IMG/VR virus record: IMGVR_UViG_3300035181_002522
Location: 32,001-96,000 of that record
DNA length: 64,000 bases
Strand: one strand, 5' to 3'
Origin: a virus
Made by a program: the position numbers and the translations under genes
Notes under the pieces: model-generated
Databases searched by the model: none
Told to the model about the DNA's origin: nothing
What the model saw: only the letters and a program-made list of their open reading frames with translations
Shown here: positions 48,954 through 59,001 of the stretch, piece by piece
Layout: the number at the start of each line of letters is the position of its first letter
Position numbering within the stretch: the first letter of the stretch is position 1

Positions 48954-49460
48954 ATGACAGATTTAGATTTTAATAGATTTAACGACCGCCCAGTCTTTAC
49001 TGTATCGGAAGAAAAAATAAAAACACTTATTTTAAAAGCTAAAACGGCTGAATATTTCAAAAAAGCAAGTAGAGGGTGGGCTATTGTACTTTCATTTTTA
49101 ATAACTTTTGATGGAATTCCAGTAATATCAGAACTATTAAAAAGTTGGGGAGATTGGGGTATATTTGTTAGGTGTATATTAGTATTTTTATTTGGCTGGT
49201 TTTTGTTGCCAATTTTTTTCTATTTGACAAATTTACATTTTATTGATAGTATTAAAGATAATCTCATCTTAACTTCCAAATCAGATTATTACTGGGCAAC
49301 TTTAATATATGCATGCTTTTGGTTAACAATTTCATATTTTATATTCCCACATTATGGATGGACCGGGTTAATGATATTAGTTAGTATTTTAAACAGTGGA
49401 GCATATTTTACACGTATTAAAGAAGCTTTGCTTCAAGATTTTTTTACTTCAATTGGATAA
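48954..49460 (+). CDS. Integral membrane protein
   Basis: About four hydrophobic segments; AGGAG RBS. Confidence 0.65.
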   Translation: MTDLDFNRFNDRPVFTVSEEKIKTLILKAKTAEYFKKASRGWAIVLSFLITFDGIPVISELLKSWGDWGIFVRCILVFLFGWFLLPIFFYLTNLHFIDSIKDNLILTSKSDYYWATLIYACFWLTISYFIFPHYGWTGLMILVSILNSGAYFTRIKEALLQDFFTSIG

Positions 49461-49485
49461 TAGATAAGTAACATTCATCACACAC

Positions 49486-49512
49486 AAAAAAGGCCGCGAA
49501 AGCGGCCTTTTT
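49486..49512. terminator. Bidirectional intrinsic terminator
   Basis: AAAAAAGGCCGC-gaaa-GCGGCCTTTTT. Confidence 0.85.
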
Positions 49513-49518
49513 ATTTTG

Positions 49519-49824
49519 TTAAACTGGTTGTAAATCGCCAACAGGTTTAATTTTGCTTTTTGCAACTTTTTTCATTCGACGGTAAATACCACGAACGGTA
49601 TCATTCAATTGAATGTACGTTCCAGCGGCAACTTCAATAATGTCAAATGTTGGTTGATGGAATTCATTCAAGATCAATCCGCCATTTTCGTCACGTTTTG
49701 GCACAACTGATTTTTTGCGGTTCTTTTCAATTTCAACCACGGCTCTTTCAACAACTTCTCCACCTTTTACTTCAGCAATACCACGAGCTAATTTTCTTAA
49801 CTTTTTGGCTTGTTTCAAATTCAT
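49519..49824 (-). CDS. Basic hypothetical protein
   Basis: MNLKQAKKLRK...RGIYRRMKK. Confidence 0.65.
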   Translation of the reverse strand: MNLKQAKKLRKLARGIAEVKGGEVVERAVVEIEKNRKKSVVPKRDENGGLILNEFHQPTFDIIEVAAGTYIQLNDTVRGIYRRMKKVAKSKIKPVGDLQPV

Positions 49825-49860
49825 ATTCTTAATCCCTTAATGTTGAAAATAAAAATTATA

Positions 49861-50409
49861 TCACTCAGTTAACAGTTTTGACACCCAAAAATCTCGAAAA
49901 GGAAGTAAGTCGCTTAGTAGGCAAATCTTATCTCCGGATGGCAAAGTTAAAAACTTTGATATCGGAAGGTTGATGTTCGAACTAACGGCTGCGTAGTATG
50001 GAGTATTATTCCATTTGAAGATAACAATTCCTTGCTTATCTAGCTTGACACAATCTATCGCCACTTCTTCAAGCCATCCATAAATCGAATGTTTGCCTGT
50101 AAAGATTGAATCAAAACTGTCTGGAGTTTTGTAATGCTTACATTCAACTACAAAGTCAAATGTTTCACCGACATCTTCTTCGTTTATGCAGACTATATCT
50201 CCAACAAAGGTTTGCATAGCCGTCTTTGAAAACAAACCACCACGAGTGGCAAAGTTCTTACCGCCAACAAAGGCCCCACTTCCTGGAGTTTTAACAAATT
50301 GTAGAGGTGCTAAAGCGTTAGCTAAAAGCTTAGCAATACGTCTTTCATTTGTTGCACCTTTTGCTTTAGAATTGACACGTTTCTTTTTAACTACTTCAAC
50401 TGCGGTCAT
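49861..50409 (-). CDS. Holliday junction resolvase-like PD-(D/E)xK nuclease
   Basis: SKAKG...ER..A..L, TPGSGA, GDI, VECK. Confidence 0.75.
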   Translation of the reverse strand: MTAVEVVKKKRVNSKAKGATNERRIAKLLANALAPLQFVKTPGSGAFVGGKNFATRGGLFSKTAMQTFVGDIVCINEEDVGETFDFVVECKHYKTPDSFDSIFTGKHSIYGWLEEVAIDCVKLDKQGIVIFKWNNTPYYAAVSSNINLPISKFLTLPSGDKICLLSDLLPFRDFWVSKLLTE

Positions 50410-50449
50410 ATAATATCTCTTATTAGTATTCTTAATAAGGGTATTTAGG

Positions 50450-51085
50450 CTATGCTGCTAGACGATATCTTTTCTCAAAATGCGCTTTATCTAATCGTAT
50501 TAACATACGAGAATCATTCGATGGATAACCTAGGTAATCACCATGCTGAACTATAAATTGCAAACCTTTGTCATCTTTCAACTTAAGTGGAACTTGCTCA
50601 TTATATTCAAACGCAATCAACTGTCCTTTTGGAATGTACTTAACAAAACCCTCAGCATCTGGCTCAACCTCAGCAGTATCAGGCTCAAACTCAGAATCTA
50701 GCTCCTGCTTTGATAAAATCTTTAATTGAGTTGGGTTTTCTTCGTTTCGAAGAACAAATTCACCCTTTTTTGCTACACGAGTTTTTGGTACTTCACCTGG
50801 ATAATTTACCTCTATTTGCTCACCATCTTGAGCTGACCTTATTTGAACTGTTTCAGCTCGATCATATGCTACCAAAGTGCCGTCGCTTTTTGCCTTTGAA
50901 AACAATTCGACAATTTTGTCTTTAAAATCGTTTGGGTGTTTATGCTCAGTATCGTCTTCAGTTGGTTTTTTAGTTGAAGAATTAGCTTCAGGTTCATTAG
51001 CCTTTTTATCAGCTTCATCATCCAGCTTAAAGTTTAATTCATCTTCAGCTTCTTCAGCTTCTTTAACAATTTCATGCAATTTCAT
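50450..51085 (-). CDS. Hypothetical protein
   Basis: 211 aa, acidic N-terminus, internally duplicated G(E/D)(F/Y).....F...(F/Y) module. Confidence 0.65.
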   Translation of the reverse strand: MKLHEIVKEAEEAEDELNFKLDDEADKKANEPEANSSTKKPTEDDTEHKHPNDFKDKIVELFSKAKSDGTLVAYDRAETVQIRSAQDGEQIEVNYPGEVPKTRVAKKGEFVLRNEENPTQLKILSKQELDSEFEPDTAEVEPDAEGFVKYIPKGQLIAFEYNEQVPLKLKDDKGLQFIVQHGDYLGYPSNDSRMLIRLDKAHFEKRYRLAA

Positions 51086-51086
51086 G

Positions 51087-52874
51087 TCATGCTTCCTGAT
51101 TGGTTATAGATTTACTATTTAAGCCATCATTAAACTTTAATTCTAGCTGAGAAAAACCTTGCTTCTTATGGACAACTAATTCTCGTTCAAAACGATTTTC
51201 AACATTTTCACGATGCATCACTATAAAGCTAGTTAAATTTTCATCTTTTGTTTTCTTCTTAAGTAAAGCAATAACATTGTCAACGCCCATAAAGTCAAGT
51301 GAAGCATCAATCTCGTCAACAAATAACAAATTGATATTAGAATGTAGATGATGTAGCACATCTCTAAATGCAAGTGACATTGCTAAATTTACTCGCTTCT
51401 TTTCACCATTTGACAGGTTTCCAAAATCTAGCACTCGACCATACTCAGATACTTCACAGCTCATGTCATCCATAAAACTTATTGTGTGTGGCAAACCGAG
51501 TTGTTCAGCGTAATCGTTCATTTGCAAATTTAAAAATGGAACAGTCTTACTGATAATTCGCTTTCTGATAAAGCTATTTTTGTCAGTTAGCAACTTCAAC
51601 ATGAATTGTTGGTGCTCAAGTCGTTTCTTTGATTTATCAAGTTTTGAATAATCAATTTCGATTTTAGTTTCTTGTTCTAAAAGAGCATATGTTTCTAAGT
51701 GCGGATTTATTGATGCCTCTAAACCGTCAAGTTTTGCATGTAAGACTGCATGGTTGCTTTTAATTTCAAGTAAAGCTGGTAAATTTGAGTACTTAATCTT
51801 GCTATCAAGTTCAGAGAATTCACCACTTAACTGAGCTTCAGCTTCTTCAAGTTGAAATACGGTTTTAGCTTTTTCTTCAGCTTCTACTTTTTGATGCTTG
51901 ATAGCTGCTTTAAGCTCTGGTAATTTATCAGCCGCATTTGGCATCAACTGTTTACAATATGGACAGTTATTATCAGCTAAATGGCTATAACTTTTTTCAG
52001 CTTCAATGAGTGAAGTACTTAATCGTTGCAAAGCTCTTCGTTCAGCAGCCAACGTCGATTTAACTTCAGTCAACAGCTCTTTAGTTTCAGCCAATGAGTT
52101 AAACTGCTTTTCTTCAGCTGAAAAGTCAATGCCTTCAATAGAAGCTAATTGCTTCTTAAGCTGTTGTATGTTCCGAACATTATTTTCTTCCCAAGCAATG
52201 GCTTTTTCTTCAACATCAGCTAAACGATTTGCCTGCAGCTTATAGGCAGTTTCTTTTTCTTTTAAGATTGCTTCTTCAACTTTAATATCTGACTCAGTGT
52301 TTTGAATTGACCGTTTTAACTTTACTGCTTTTTCTGATAATAAAGAGATGTTAAAAAGTTCTTCGATATGAGCTCGCTGAAAAGCTATTGGAAGGTCTAA
52401 GAAAGGCGTCGTGTTACCAGAAAAAACCACACAACGAGTAAACATCTCATAGCTAAAACCATAAATTGATTCAATTAGAACATCGGTCTCATTAACACTA
52501 TCTGGAGTTATGTCAACTCCATTTTTTAATAGCTTTACACCATGAGCTTCACCACGTTTACGATGTATCTCATACGCATCAGCTCCCTTAGTAAAAGTCA
52601 CAATGACTTCCATTAAGGTATTTTTTGCAGCATTTGTACTATTGATTAGTCGTGGAAGTGATATATTGCTAAAAGCTTTATTATAAATTGCGTAAACGAT
52701 TGCTTCTAATATTGAAGATTTTCCACAACCATTTTTACCACCAGTATCATGATTTTCTCCAGAGATAAATGTCAAAATGGCGTTGAAATCTGTAAAGTTA
52801 ATCTCTGTCCATGCATTACCATAGCTCATGAAATTTCTAAAGCGTATGCAATTTAATGTAGTATCTAAGCTCAT
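51087..52874 (-). CDS. gp46: Recombination ATPase/exonuclease subunit (Rad50/SbcC-like)
   Basis: NGCGKS, CPYC zinc hook, LSNGE signature, LFVDE..ASLD. Confidence 0.93.
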   Translation of the reverse strand: MSLDTTLNCIRFRNFMSYGNAWTEINFTDFNAILTFISGENHDTGGKNGCGKSSILEAIVYAIYNKAFSNISLPRLINSTNAAKNTLMEVIVTFTKGADAYEIHRKRGEAHGVKLLKNGVDITPDSVNETDVLIESIYGFSYEMFTRCVVFSGNTTPFLDLPIAFQRAHIEELFNISLLSEKAVKLKRSIQNTESDIKVEEAILKEKETAYKLQANRLADVEEKAIAWEENNVRNIQQLKKQLASIEGIDFSAEEKQFNSLAETKELLTEVKSTLAAERRALQRLSTSLIEAEKSYSHLADNNCPYCKQLMPNAADKLPELKAAIKHQKVEAEEKAKTVFQLEEAEAQLSGEFSELDSKIKYSNLPALLEIKSNHAVLHAKLDGLEASINPHLETYALLEQETKIEIDYSKLDKSKKRLEHQQFMLKLLTDKNSFIRKRIISKTVPFLNLQMNDYAEQLGLPHTISFMDDMSCEVSEYGRVLDFGNLSNGEKKRVNLAMSLAFRDVLHHLHSNINLLFVDEIDASLDFMGVDNVIALLKKKTKDENLTSFIVMHRENVENRFERELVVHKKQGFSQLELKFNDGLNSKSITNQEA

Positions 52875-53941
52875 TTAAGTTCCTCATAAATCTCTATTAA
52901 AAATGATGGGTCAATTGTATTGGTAGCTTGAATGCCAGTTTCAATTAGCTTTTTAACAGTTTCATCTAATGAGGATAAATCTAATTCTTCTAACTCAGCT
53001 AAAGCGCTTTCTTCTAAGGCATGTTGGCGCTGTCGATGGTCTTCTTCTAACGTAAATTCACGAAGGTTAAACGCTTCAACAATTTCAGCTTTTAAAATTT
53101 GAGCTTCAGAATAACTAAGCGACTGGTCTAAAACACACTTCACCCGAGCATTTTCACGAATATCATAGCCGCCAACTATTTGACTTAGTTTTAACTTATA
53201 GTATGTTGGTCCAACATAATCGATAAAATCGACATTATCATTTTCAATATCTAACCAACAATATCCTCGCTCAAAATCACCAGCATCAGCATATGATGTG
53301 CCAAATGGAGAGCCAATATAGATAACATTTTCTGAAGCTTGTCTTTTGTGATAATGCCCTGAAAAGATATGCTTTGGACCATCGAATAGCTTGTGTAAAA
53401 AACCGTGATTAGAAATTTGGTTTGTCCCAGTTAAGTAGAAGTTCCGAAATTCAAAATGGCCAAAGACATATTCACTAGCATTTACTAAGTTTACTACCCG
53501 TGGATATTCATCGCTAAATAAGAATGGTAAAAATAAGTATTTGCCGTTTATCATCGTTGGTCGTTCAATAACCTTAACATACTCAAGCTCTTTGAAGATT
53601 TCAGCTGAATGAACTTCACGGTTGTGACGATGATATAAGTCATGGTTTCCAACTATGAAGAAGATTGGAATACCAAGTGTGTTAAGCTCACGCAGAGCTC
53701 GAATTGAGAATTTAGAGGTGAGGGTGTTTATAGCATTTCGACTTTCAAACCAATCGCCAAGAAAGCCAATAGCTGAAGCCTTTTTTGTGATACACTGTTG
53801 TTTGAACCAGCGAACAAATTGAAGGCAATCTTCATTATGAAGAATTGAGTTTTGTTTTGCGCCAAAGTGTATGTCAGTAAAAAGCGCAATATTATTAAGG
53901 CTAGGCAACTCTAAGTTGTCTAGTTCAAGTTGGTCTGTCAT
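52871..53941 (-). CDS. gp47: Recombination nuclease subunit (Mre11/SbcD-like)
   Basis: TDIHFG, LGDWF, GNHD, GHFE, SGHYH, YIGSP. Confidence 0.93.
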   Translation of the reverse strand: MTDQLELDNLELPSLNNIALFTDIHFGAKQNSILHNEDCLQFVRWFKQQCITKKASAIGFLGDWFESRNAINTLTSKFSIRALRELNTLGIPIFFIVGNHDLYHRHNREVHSAEIFKELEYVKVIERPTMINGKYLFLPFLFSDEYPRVVNLVNASEYVFGHFEFRNFYLTGTNQISNHGFLHKLFDGPKHIFSGHYHKRQASENVIYIGSPFGTSYADAGDFERGYCWLDIENDNVDFIDYVGPTYYKLKLSQIVGGYDIRENARVKCVLDQSLSYSEAQILKAEIVEAFNLREFTLEEDHRQRQHALEESALAELEELDLSSLDETVKKLIETGIQATNTIDPSFLIEIYEELK

Positions 53942-53950
53942 TAAAAATCC

Positions 53951-54457
53951 TTATTCTTCAAACATGTCAGAGTGACGTTGGCGATATTCGTCTCTTTCAT
54001 TTTCCATGTAGCCAAGTGAAGCATCGAAACCACTATCTAAGAGTAAATCATCTCTTATTTGACGTTGCTTCTTTTCATCTGCTATTACCTGCAGGCAGGT
54101 ATGATAGCAACATTGAGTATAATAACTGAATGGATTGTTTGATTTTTCAGGCTTAAATTTTAAGCCATTTTGCATTAGATTTAAAATGCTGGCCGCCACC
54201 ATATCTTCTCTAAATGAGAGGTGAGCATAATTCTTTGACATCGCGTATCTTTCCGCAATCTTCTGCATCATAATAGCAAGCTCTGGGGTAATCTTACCCA
54301 GTTCCTTAGCCCTTAGAACCTCTGGTAATAGCTGTGAGTTAGTGACATAACAGCCGCTGTCATTATTTCGTTTAGGTCGTAGTACTTTTTTTGTTTTTTT
54401 CTTTTCTGTTAAATTTGCTTTCGCTTCGTCAAATTCCAAAACTTGTTTTTTGGCCAT
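53951..54457 (-). CDS. gp55: Late-transcription sigma factor
   Basis: YV.N..LL, KIAE, REDM, F.PEKS.NPFSYYTQ, EKKQ; adjacent to gp47 as in T4-like phages. Confidence 0.88.
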   Translation of the reverse strand: MAKKQVLEFDEAKANLTEKKKTKKVLRPKRNNDSGCYVTNSQLLPEVLRAKELGKITPELAIMMQKIAERYAMSKNYAHLSFREDMVAASILNLMQNGLKFKPEKSNNPFSYYTQCCYHTCLQVIADEKKQRQIRDDLLLDSGFDASLGYMENERDEYRQRHSDMFEE

Positions 54458-54594
54458 ATTTATATCCCTTCCATAGGTTGTTGATAGATGGCCAACATAA
54501 TATAATTTAAATTATATCATTGCTGGACTAAAAATGACACTGTTAGATTAGTGATAAATACTAACATCTTAAGTACTCATCAAAATAAATCACT

Positions 54595-55293
54595 ATGGAC
54601 TATCTTTTTGAAGCTCTTCCTCCAATGCAAGCAAAGCGAGTTGCTTTTGCTATTGGAAGATTTAATCCACCAACTGAAGGCCATTATCATGTCATTAATA
54701 AGCTAAAAGAGTTTATTAGAAAAAATCCTGAGCTAAATCTAGAAGCAAGCCCAGTTATTGTTGTAGTCACAGGTGAAAAATCCAGCTTAGATAAAACTAA
54801 AAACCCATTATCAGCTGATGACAGAATTAGCTTTATGAAAGCTTCAGGCAGAGCTAATGGAGTTATTTTTTTAACCGCAAAAAATGGTAGTATTGCTTTA
54901 GGCATCATGCGTGATAATGGCTATGAACCGATAGCCATTGGTGCCGGTTCTGATCGAGCTCAAGGGTATTTAACGCTCTTAAAAAAGAGCTTTTTTAAGC
55001 CAAATGGTTCAGAGCTCGATCACACAATAGTTCCTGGTTTAGCTCGGTCTGATGACGCAGTTGCCACTAAAAAATCAGATAAAGAAACAGCTTTAAATTT
55101 GACATTGGATAAAATGAAAGCTGAACATGAATTATCACCTGAAGATATTAGTAGTTCATTAGCAAGGCGAGCGGTTGAGCTAGGGTATCTTGAAGAATTT
55201 ACTCAGATTGTTGGATTACAAAATAAGCCAAAGCTGGCAAAACTAATGTTCGACAAAATTAAAAAAGCAATTGGGGGTCAAATAGATGGCTGA
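54595..55293 (+). CDS. Cytidyltransferase-like (HxGH) nucleotidyltransferase
   Basis: GRFNPPTEGH, KNPL, GSDR, ISSS..R; ATAAATA at 54554-54560. Confidence 0.8.
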   Translation: MDYLFEALPPMQAKRVAFAIGRFNPPTEGHYHVINKLKEFIRKNPELNLEASPVIVVVTGEKSSLDKTKNPLSADDRISFMKASGRANGVIFLTAKNGSIALGIMRDNGYEPIAIGAGSDRAQGYLTLLKKSFFKPNGSELDHTIVPGLARSDDAVATKKSDKETALNLTLDKMKAEHELSPEDISSSLARRAVELGYLEEFTQIVGLQNKPKLAKLMFDKIKKAIGGQIDG

Positions 55294-56464
55294 TATAATT
55301 TCTGACCCAAGCTTACCAAAGTTAAATGGCTTTGCCTGGACTGAGGGCGGTCAATTAACTCCACTTACCGCAAGAAGTGAAACTAAGTTGACTGAAATGG
55401 CAACCGCTATAAATTGGGGGTCAAGTTCATTTAGCAATACCGCAAAAGCGATGCCAACTGATTTTGGCGCTTTGACAAATGGCAGCTTTAGCACCGCTAT
55501 GAATGATGCTTTAAACAATTTTGGAGACAGCATTAGTTCAAAATTTAAAAGCTTCAACGGCATGGGCGCAACTGAGATAGCTGAAATGTTAAATGGCTTG
55601 GGAGCAATTGGTGGTGGTGTTCAACGATTCGGCGTTAAATTAGTCTCAAAGGTGACCGGAGAGGAAGTTTTATTTAGGGTAATGCCAACCATTAATGAAG
55701 GTAGGCAGGCCATGTATGATGATGTGATGATGCCACATCACCCTGGGTTAATTGCAAAATATAATCATACCGGACCAAGAACTTGGTCCATCGGAAATAT
55801 TAAACTTATTTCAAGAACGATCGCCGAAGCTGACGAGAATCAAAAGATTATCAATACTTTACGTGGTTGGTTAATGCCTTATTATGGCTATGGCACTGAG
55901 AGCTCAACCCCTGAATTACTTGGCGCTCCACCAGATATCTTAGAATTTACTGCATATGGCGACCATAATATTGGAAAGATACCGGTTGCACTAGAAAGCT
56001 TTGGCTGCGATTGGCCAAATGATGTCGATTGGATTCATACCTCAGCAGGTGAACCATTTCCAGTAATTTTTAATATTGGTTCACTTACCCTTAAAGAAGC
56101 TTGGTCAGCAAGAGAGTATAGTGGTTTTGACCTTTCAGCATACCGCCGAGGTGATTTAGCAAATGCATATTATCCTGTAATAATTCCAAAGATTGGAACT
56201 GCTCCAGAAACATCACCTGCAAATAATACAAGTGACATAAGCCAAGCAACTCAATTAAGCCCAGCTAATAACGCAGTTGTCGCAAATGCTAATACAGTTT
56301 CATATACACCAAAGGATTTTAATTTAACTGATACCGGCTTAACATCGACGAAAAGTTCATTAAATAACACAGTTTTTTCTCCATTTACAAACAATACAGA
56401 TTTCATGAATCCAACCCAACCAAATTTTAACCTTTCAAATAAACCACGCTGGTTTCAGGAGTAA
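55286..56464 (+). CDS. Baseplate/tail tube initiator-like protein
   Basis: P.I.E.R...Y...PR.W...LRGW.MP.YG...GAPP..L.F..YG...IPV; position just before gp53. Confidence 0.6.
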   Translation: MADIISDPSLPKLNGFAWTEGGQLTPLTARSETKLTEMATAINWGSSSFSNTAKAMPTDFGALTNGSFSTAMNDALNNFGDSISSKFKSFNGMGATEIAEMLNGLGAIGGGVQRFGVKLVSKVTGEEVLFRVMPTINEGRQAMYDDVMMPHHPGLIAKYNHTGPRTWSIGNIKLISRTIAEADENQKIINTLRGWLMPYYGYGTESSTPELLGAPPDILEFTAYGDHNIGKIPVALESFGCDWPNDVDWIHTSAGEPFPVIFNIGSLTLKEAWSAREYSGFDLSAYRRGDLANAYYPVIIPKIGTAPETSPANNTSDISQATQLSPANNAVVANANTVSYTPKDFNLTDTGLTSTKSSLNNTVFSPFTNNTDFMNPTQPNFNLSNKPRWFQE

Positions 56465-56467
56465 TGT

Positions 56468-56839
56468 ATGACAACATCATCAGCGTTAGTTAAAACTGGT
56501 CGATATGTTCAAGGTGGCTTAACTGAGGTTGGTAAGCTCGGATTAGAATGGTGGGACCGCTATTCATTTGAACTAGATGAAACTGACCAAATCTTTACAG
56601 TTTCAAACAGTTATGTTAATCGAATTGATTTAATAGCCGATACTTTTTACGGTGAACCTCGTTTTTGGTGGATTATTGCTCAATATAACAATATACTAGA
56701 CCCATGGGCTGAGATTACAATTGGCAGGCAGCTTAGATTGCCAACGTTAAATAGACTTCAGCTGCTGTTTAACAAAAAAACAGGTGGCATCAAATCATCC
56801 CGCACTCCAGAGAGTGTTTTACCACCTATCGTTCTATGA
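56468..56839 (+). CDS. gp53: Baseplate wedge protein (gp53/LysM-like)
   Basis: RIDLIA..FYG.P.FWWIIAQYNNI.DP...G..LRLP. Confidence 0.82.
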   Translation: MTTSSALVKTGRYVQGGLTEVGKLGLEWWDRYSFELDETDQIFTVSNSYVNRIDLIADTFYGEPRFWWIIAQYNNILDPWAEITIGRQLRLPTLNRLQLLFNKKTGGIKSSRTPESVLPPIVL

Positions 56840-59001
56840 GCAATCCACAAAATAAACTCGATCAATATCGGTCTCATTCTTATCATTTTGTTATGGTTGC
56901 CGCGAATAATACTGAGGCTATCAAAAATCTTATCGATCCTAAAGTTGGGCAATCGACTAACTTTTTGGCGGCGGTTCAGGGCGTGCGTTTAGGCCAAGAG
57001 TTGTATAAGGATTCTGGAGCTTATCTAGTTTGTGATACACGACGTATATCAGAATTCATGATTGATAATGTCAAATTTACAACTTATGTCGGCGGCAATT
57101 CAAGCCCATCTGACCATACATCAATCTTAGGCACATTATCAATGCAGATAATCGACCCATCTGGTATTGGGTTTTTTAATTATATGAAATGGCTTTGTGA
57201 TATTGGTTTACAAACAGATATCACTGGCGTAACGTTTTTACTTCATGTTATGTTTATGGGGCATACGGATTCTGGTACAACTGAATTAGTTGACAGCATT
57301 AGTATTCCATTAATAATGGCTGGACAATTCAATTTAACACAATTTGGCACAGATGGCGGCCGATATGAATTGCAGTTTGTTCCAATATCTGGAATGATTG
57401 GTGATGATTTTGCCATTTATACTAACCTTTGGGCTGGTGAATCGATTAGTATTAAATTTAGTGATGGCCTACTTGGAAATGCTATTCAAGCCTTAGAAAA
57501 TAAGTTGAATAAAGCAAGTCGAGAATATTTCTTTAAGATGAATCCAATTGAAAAACCCACTGATGGCGTCGTAACTGAATCACAAGTACAATCTAAAAAC
57601 CCTCAAGCAAAGAAACATAAGAATGGCCGGCTTGTTCAATACATGATTACAATTCCAGAGCATTGGTTTTATTTTAAGGTAGATAGTCCAGCGGCAAAAT
57701 TGTATGAAACAAAATTTGAATCAGTTAAAGCTCAAAAACAGCAGCAAGTCGAAAAACAAAAGGCTGAAGTTATTGCCTCAGTAAATGACCAAACAGCTAA
57801 AGAGCCTAAAACTCCAGCGACTGGCTATTATGCTAGCGCGGCAAATATGACAATTCCAGATGTGCTTTGGGCGTTGTTAACTGCGTGTGATGAAGTCAAT
57901 AAGCTCTGCAATTTAGAAGCAAAATCACAGGGGATTGGAAAAATTTTTAAAGTATTGACTGGTATAACATCGGATAAAGATATAGTTTTAGTGCATTTTG
58001 ATATAGTTGAATTTAACTTGCCTGATACAAATGGGTCTGAAAGTGACGTAATTGACAGTAGAGTTCCAACAAAAACTGAAAATCCACCAGGAGCAATGAT
58101 ATTTGATTATGTTTTTTCTGGTAAAAACGAGGATATTCTTCATTTAGATATCGCTGTTAATAATTTAATGATGGGGCTTTTTAGTAAATCTAACGTGAGT
58201 GTATCGGCGATTCAAGATATTGTTGGTAAAAGTCAAGTAAAAAACAAAGATGAACCAGAAGTATTTGATAAACCAATGCTGTATAAAGTTAGACAGCTGC
58301 AGCCAATTGTTGCCCCACCTCCATCATATATTCAATACACGAATAACGCGGTATCAACAAATAAAGGTCAAGCAAATCCAGCAAAAAACTTTCAAAATAA
58401 GCAGGAATTTCATAGGTCATTATCTGATTTAGCGGCGGCTAATTTACAGCCGGTGGTAAAAATACGTGGTAATCCAGACATTTTTAAATCATTTGTCATT
58501 GATTCAATCGCGCCTCATGTTAATTTGACTGAATCAATTCAGACATATTTGAATAATGAAACAATTGATTTTAACAAGTTAACAGCTTGGGATTATTCAC
58601 GAGGAGATACAAAAACAAGAAAAACTCCGACAGCAAAAGGTGGAGCAACAATTGTTGCTGCTCACCTTGAACATAGAAAATGGGTTAAGGAGTTAATTAA
58701 GCCAGTTCAAGACCAGCTTAATTCAAAATACAAAGCATTTATTGCTGGTGGAATGTATGTCAAGATTAATATCTTTGGTCCAGCTGATTATCCATTTGCT
58801 GAGATGAATGCTGGTGATACTTATAATCCACTAAATAATTCAATAAGAACTCAATTATTCTATGATGGTTGGTATTTTGTAAGCGCGGTTCACAATGAAT
58901 TTTCCAGTTCTTCTTTTACGCAAGATTTACAACTCCATACTTGCGATCTCTATGGCGAGTATATGTACAATCAACAAGAAAATAAACTAGCAAACAGTTA
59001 A
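56836..59001 (+). CDS. Baseplate hub protein (gp27-like position)
   Basis: N.LD.YRS.SYH N-terminus; KIRGNP...YDGWY.V..V.NEF...F.Q.L C-terminus; precedes gp5. Confidence 0.6.
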   Translation: MSNPQNKLDQYRSHSYHFVMVAANNTEAIKNLIDPKVGQSTNFLAAVQGVRLGQELYKDSGAYLVCDTRRISEFMIDNVKFTTYVGGNSSPSDHTSILGTLSMQIIDPSGIGFFNYMKWLCDIGLQTDITGVTFLLHVMFMGHTDSGTTELVDSISIPLIMAGQFNLTQFGTDGGRYELQFVPISGMIGDDFAIYTNLWAGESISIKFSDGLLGNAIQALENKLNKASREYFFKMNPIEKPTDGVVTESQVQSKNPQAKKHKNGRLVQYMITIPEHWFYFKVDSPAAKLYETKFESVKAQKQQQVEKQKAEVIASVNDQTAKEPKTPATGYYASAANMTIPDVLWALLTACDEVNKLCNLEAKSQGIGKIFKVLTGITSDKDIVLVHFDIVEFNLPDTNGSESDVIDSRVPTKTENPPGAMIFDYVFSGKNEDILHLDIAVNNLMMGLFSKSNVSVSAIQDIVGKSQVKNKDEPEVFDKPMLYKVRQLQPIVAPPPSYIQYTNNAVSTNKGQANPAKNFQNKQEFHRSLSDLAAANLQPVVKIRGNPDIFKSFVIDSIAPHVNLTESIQTYLNNETIDFNKLTAWDYSRGDTKTRKTPTAKGGATIVAAHLEHRKWVKELIKPVQDQLNSKYKAFIAGGMYVKINIFGPADYPFAEMNAGDTYNPLNNSIRTQLFYDGWYFVSAVHNEFSSSSFTQDLQLHTCDLYGEYMYNQQENKLANS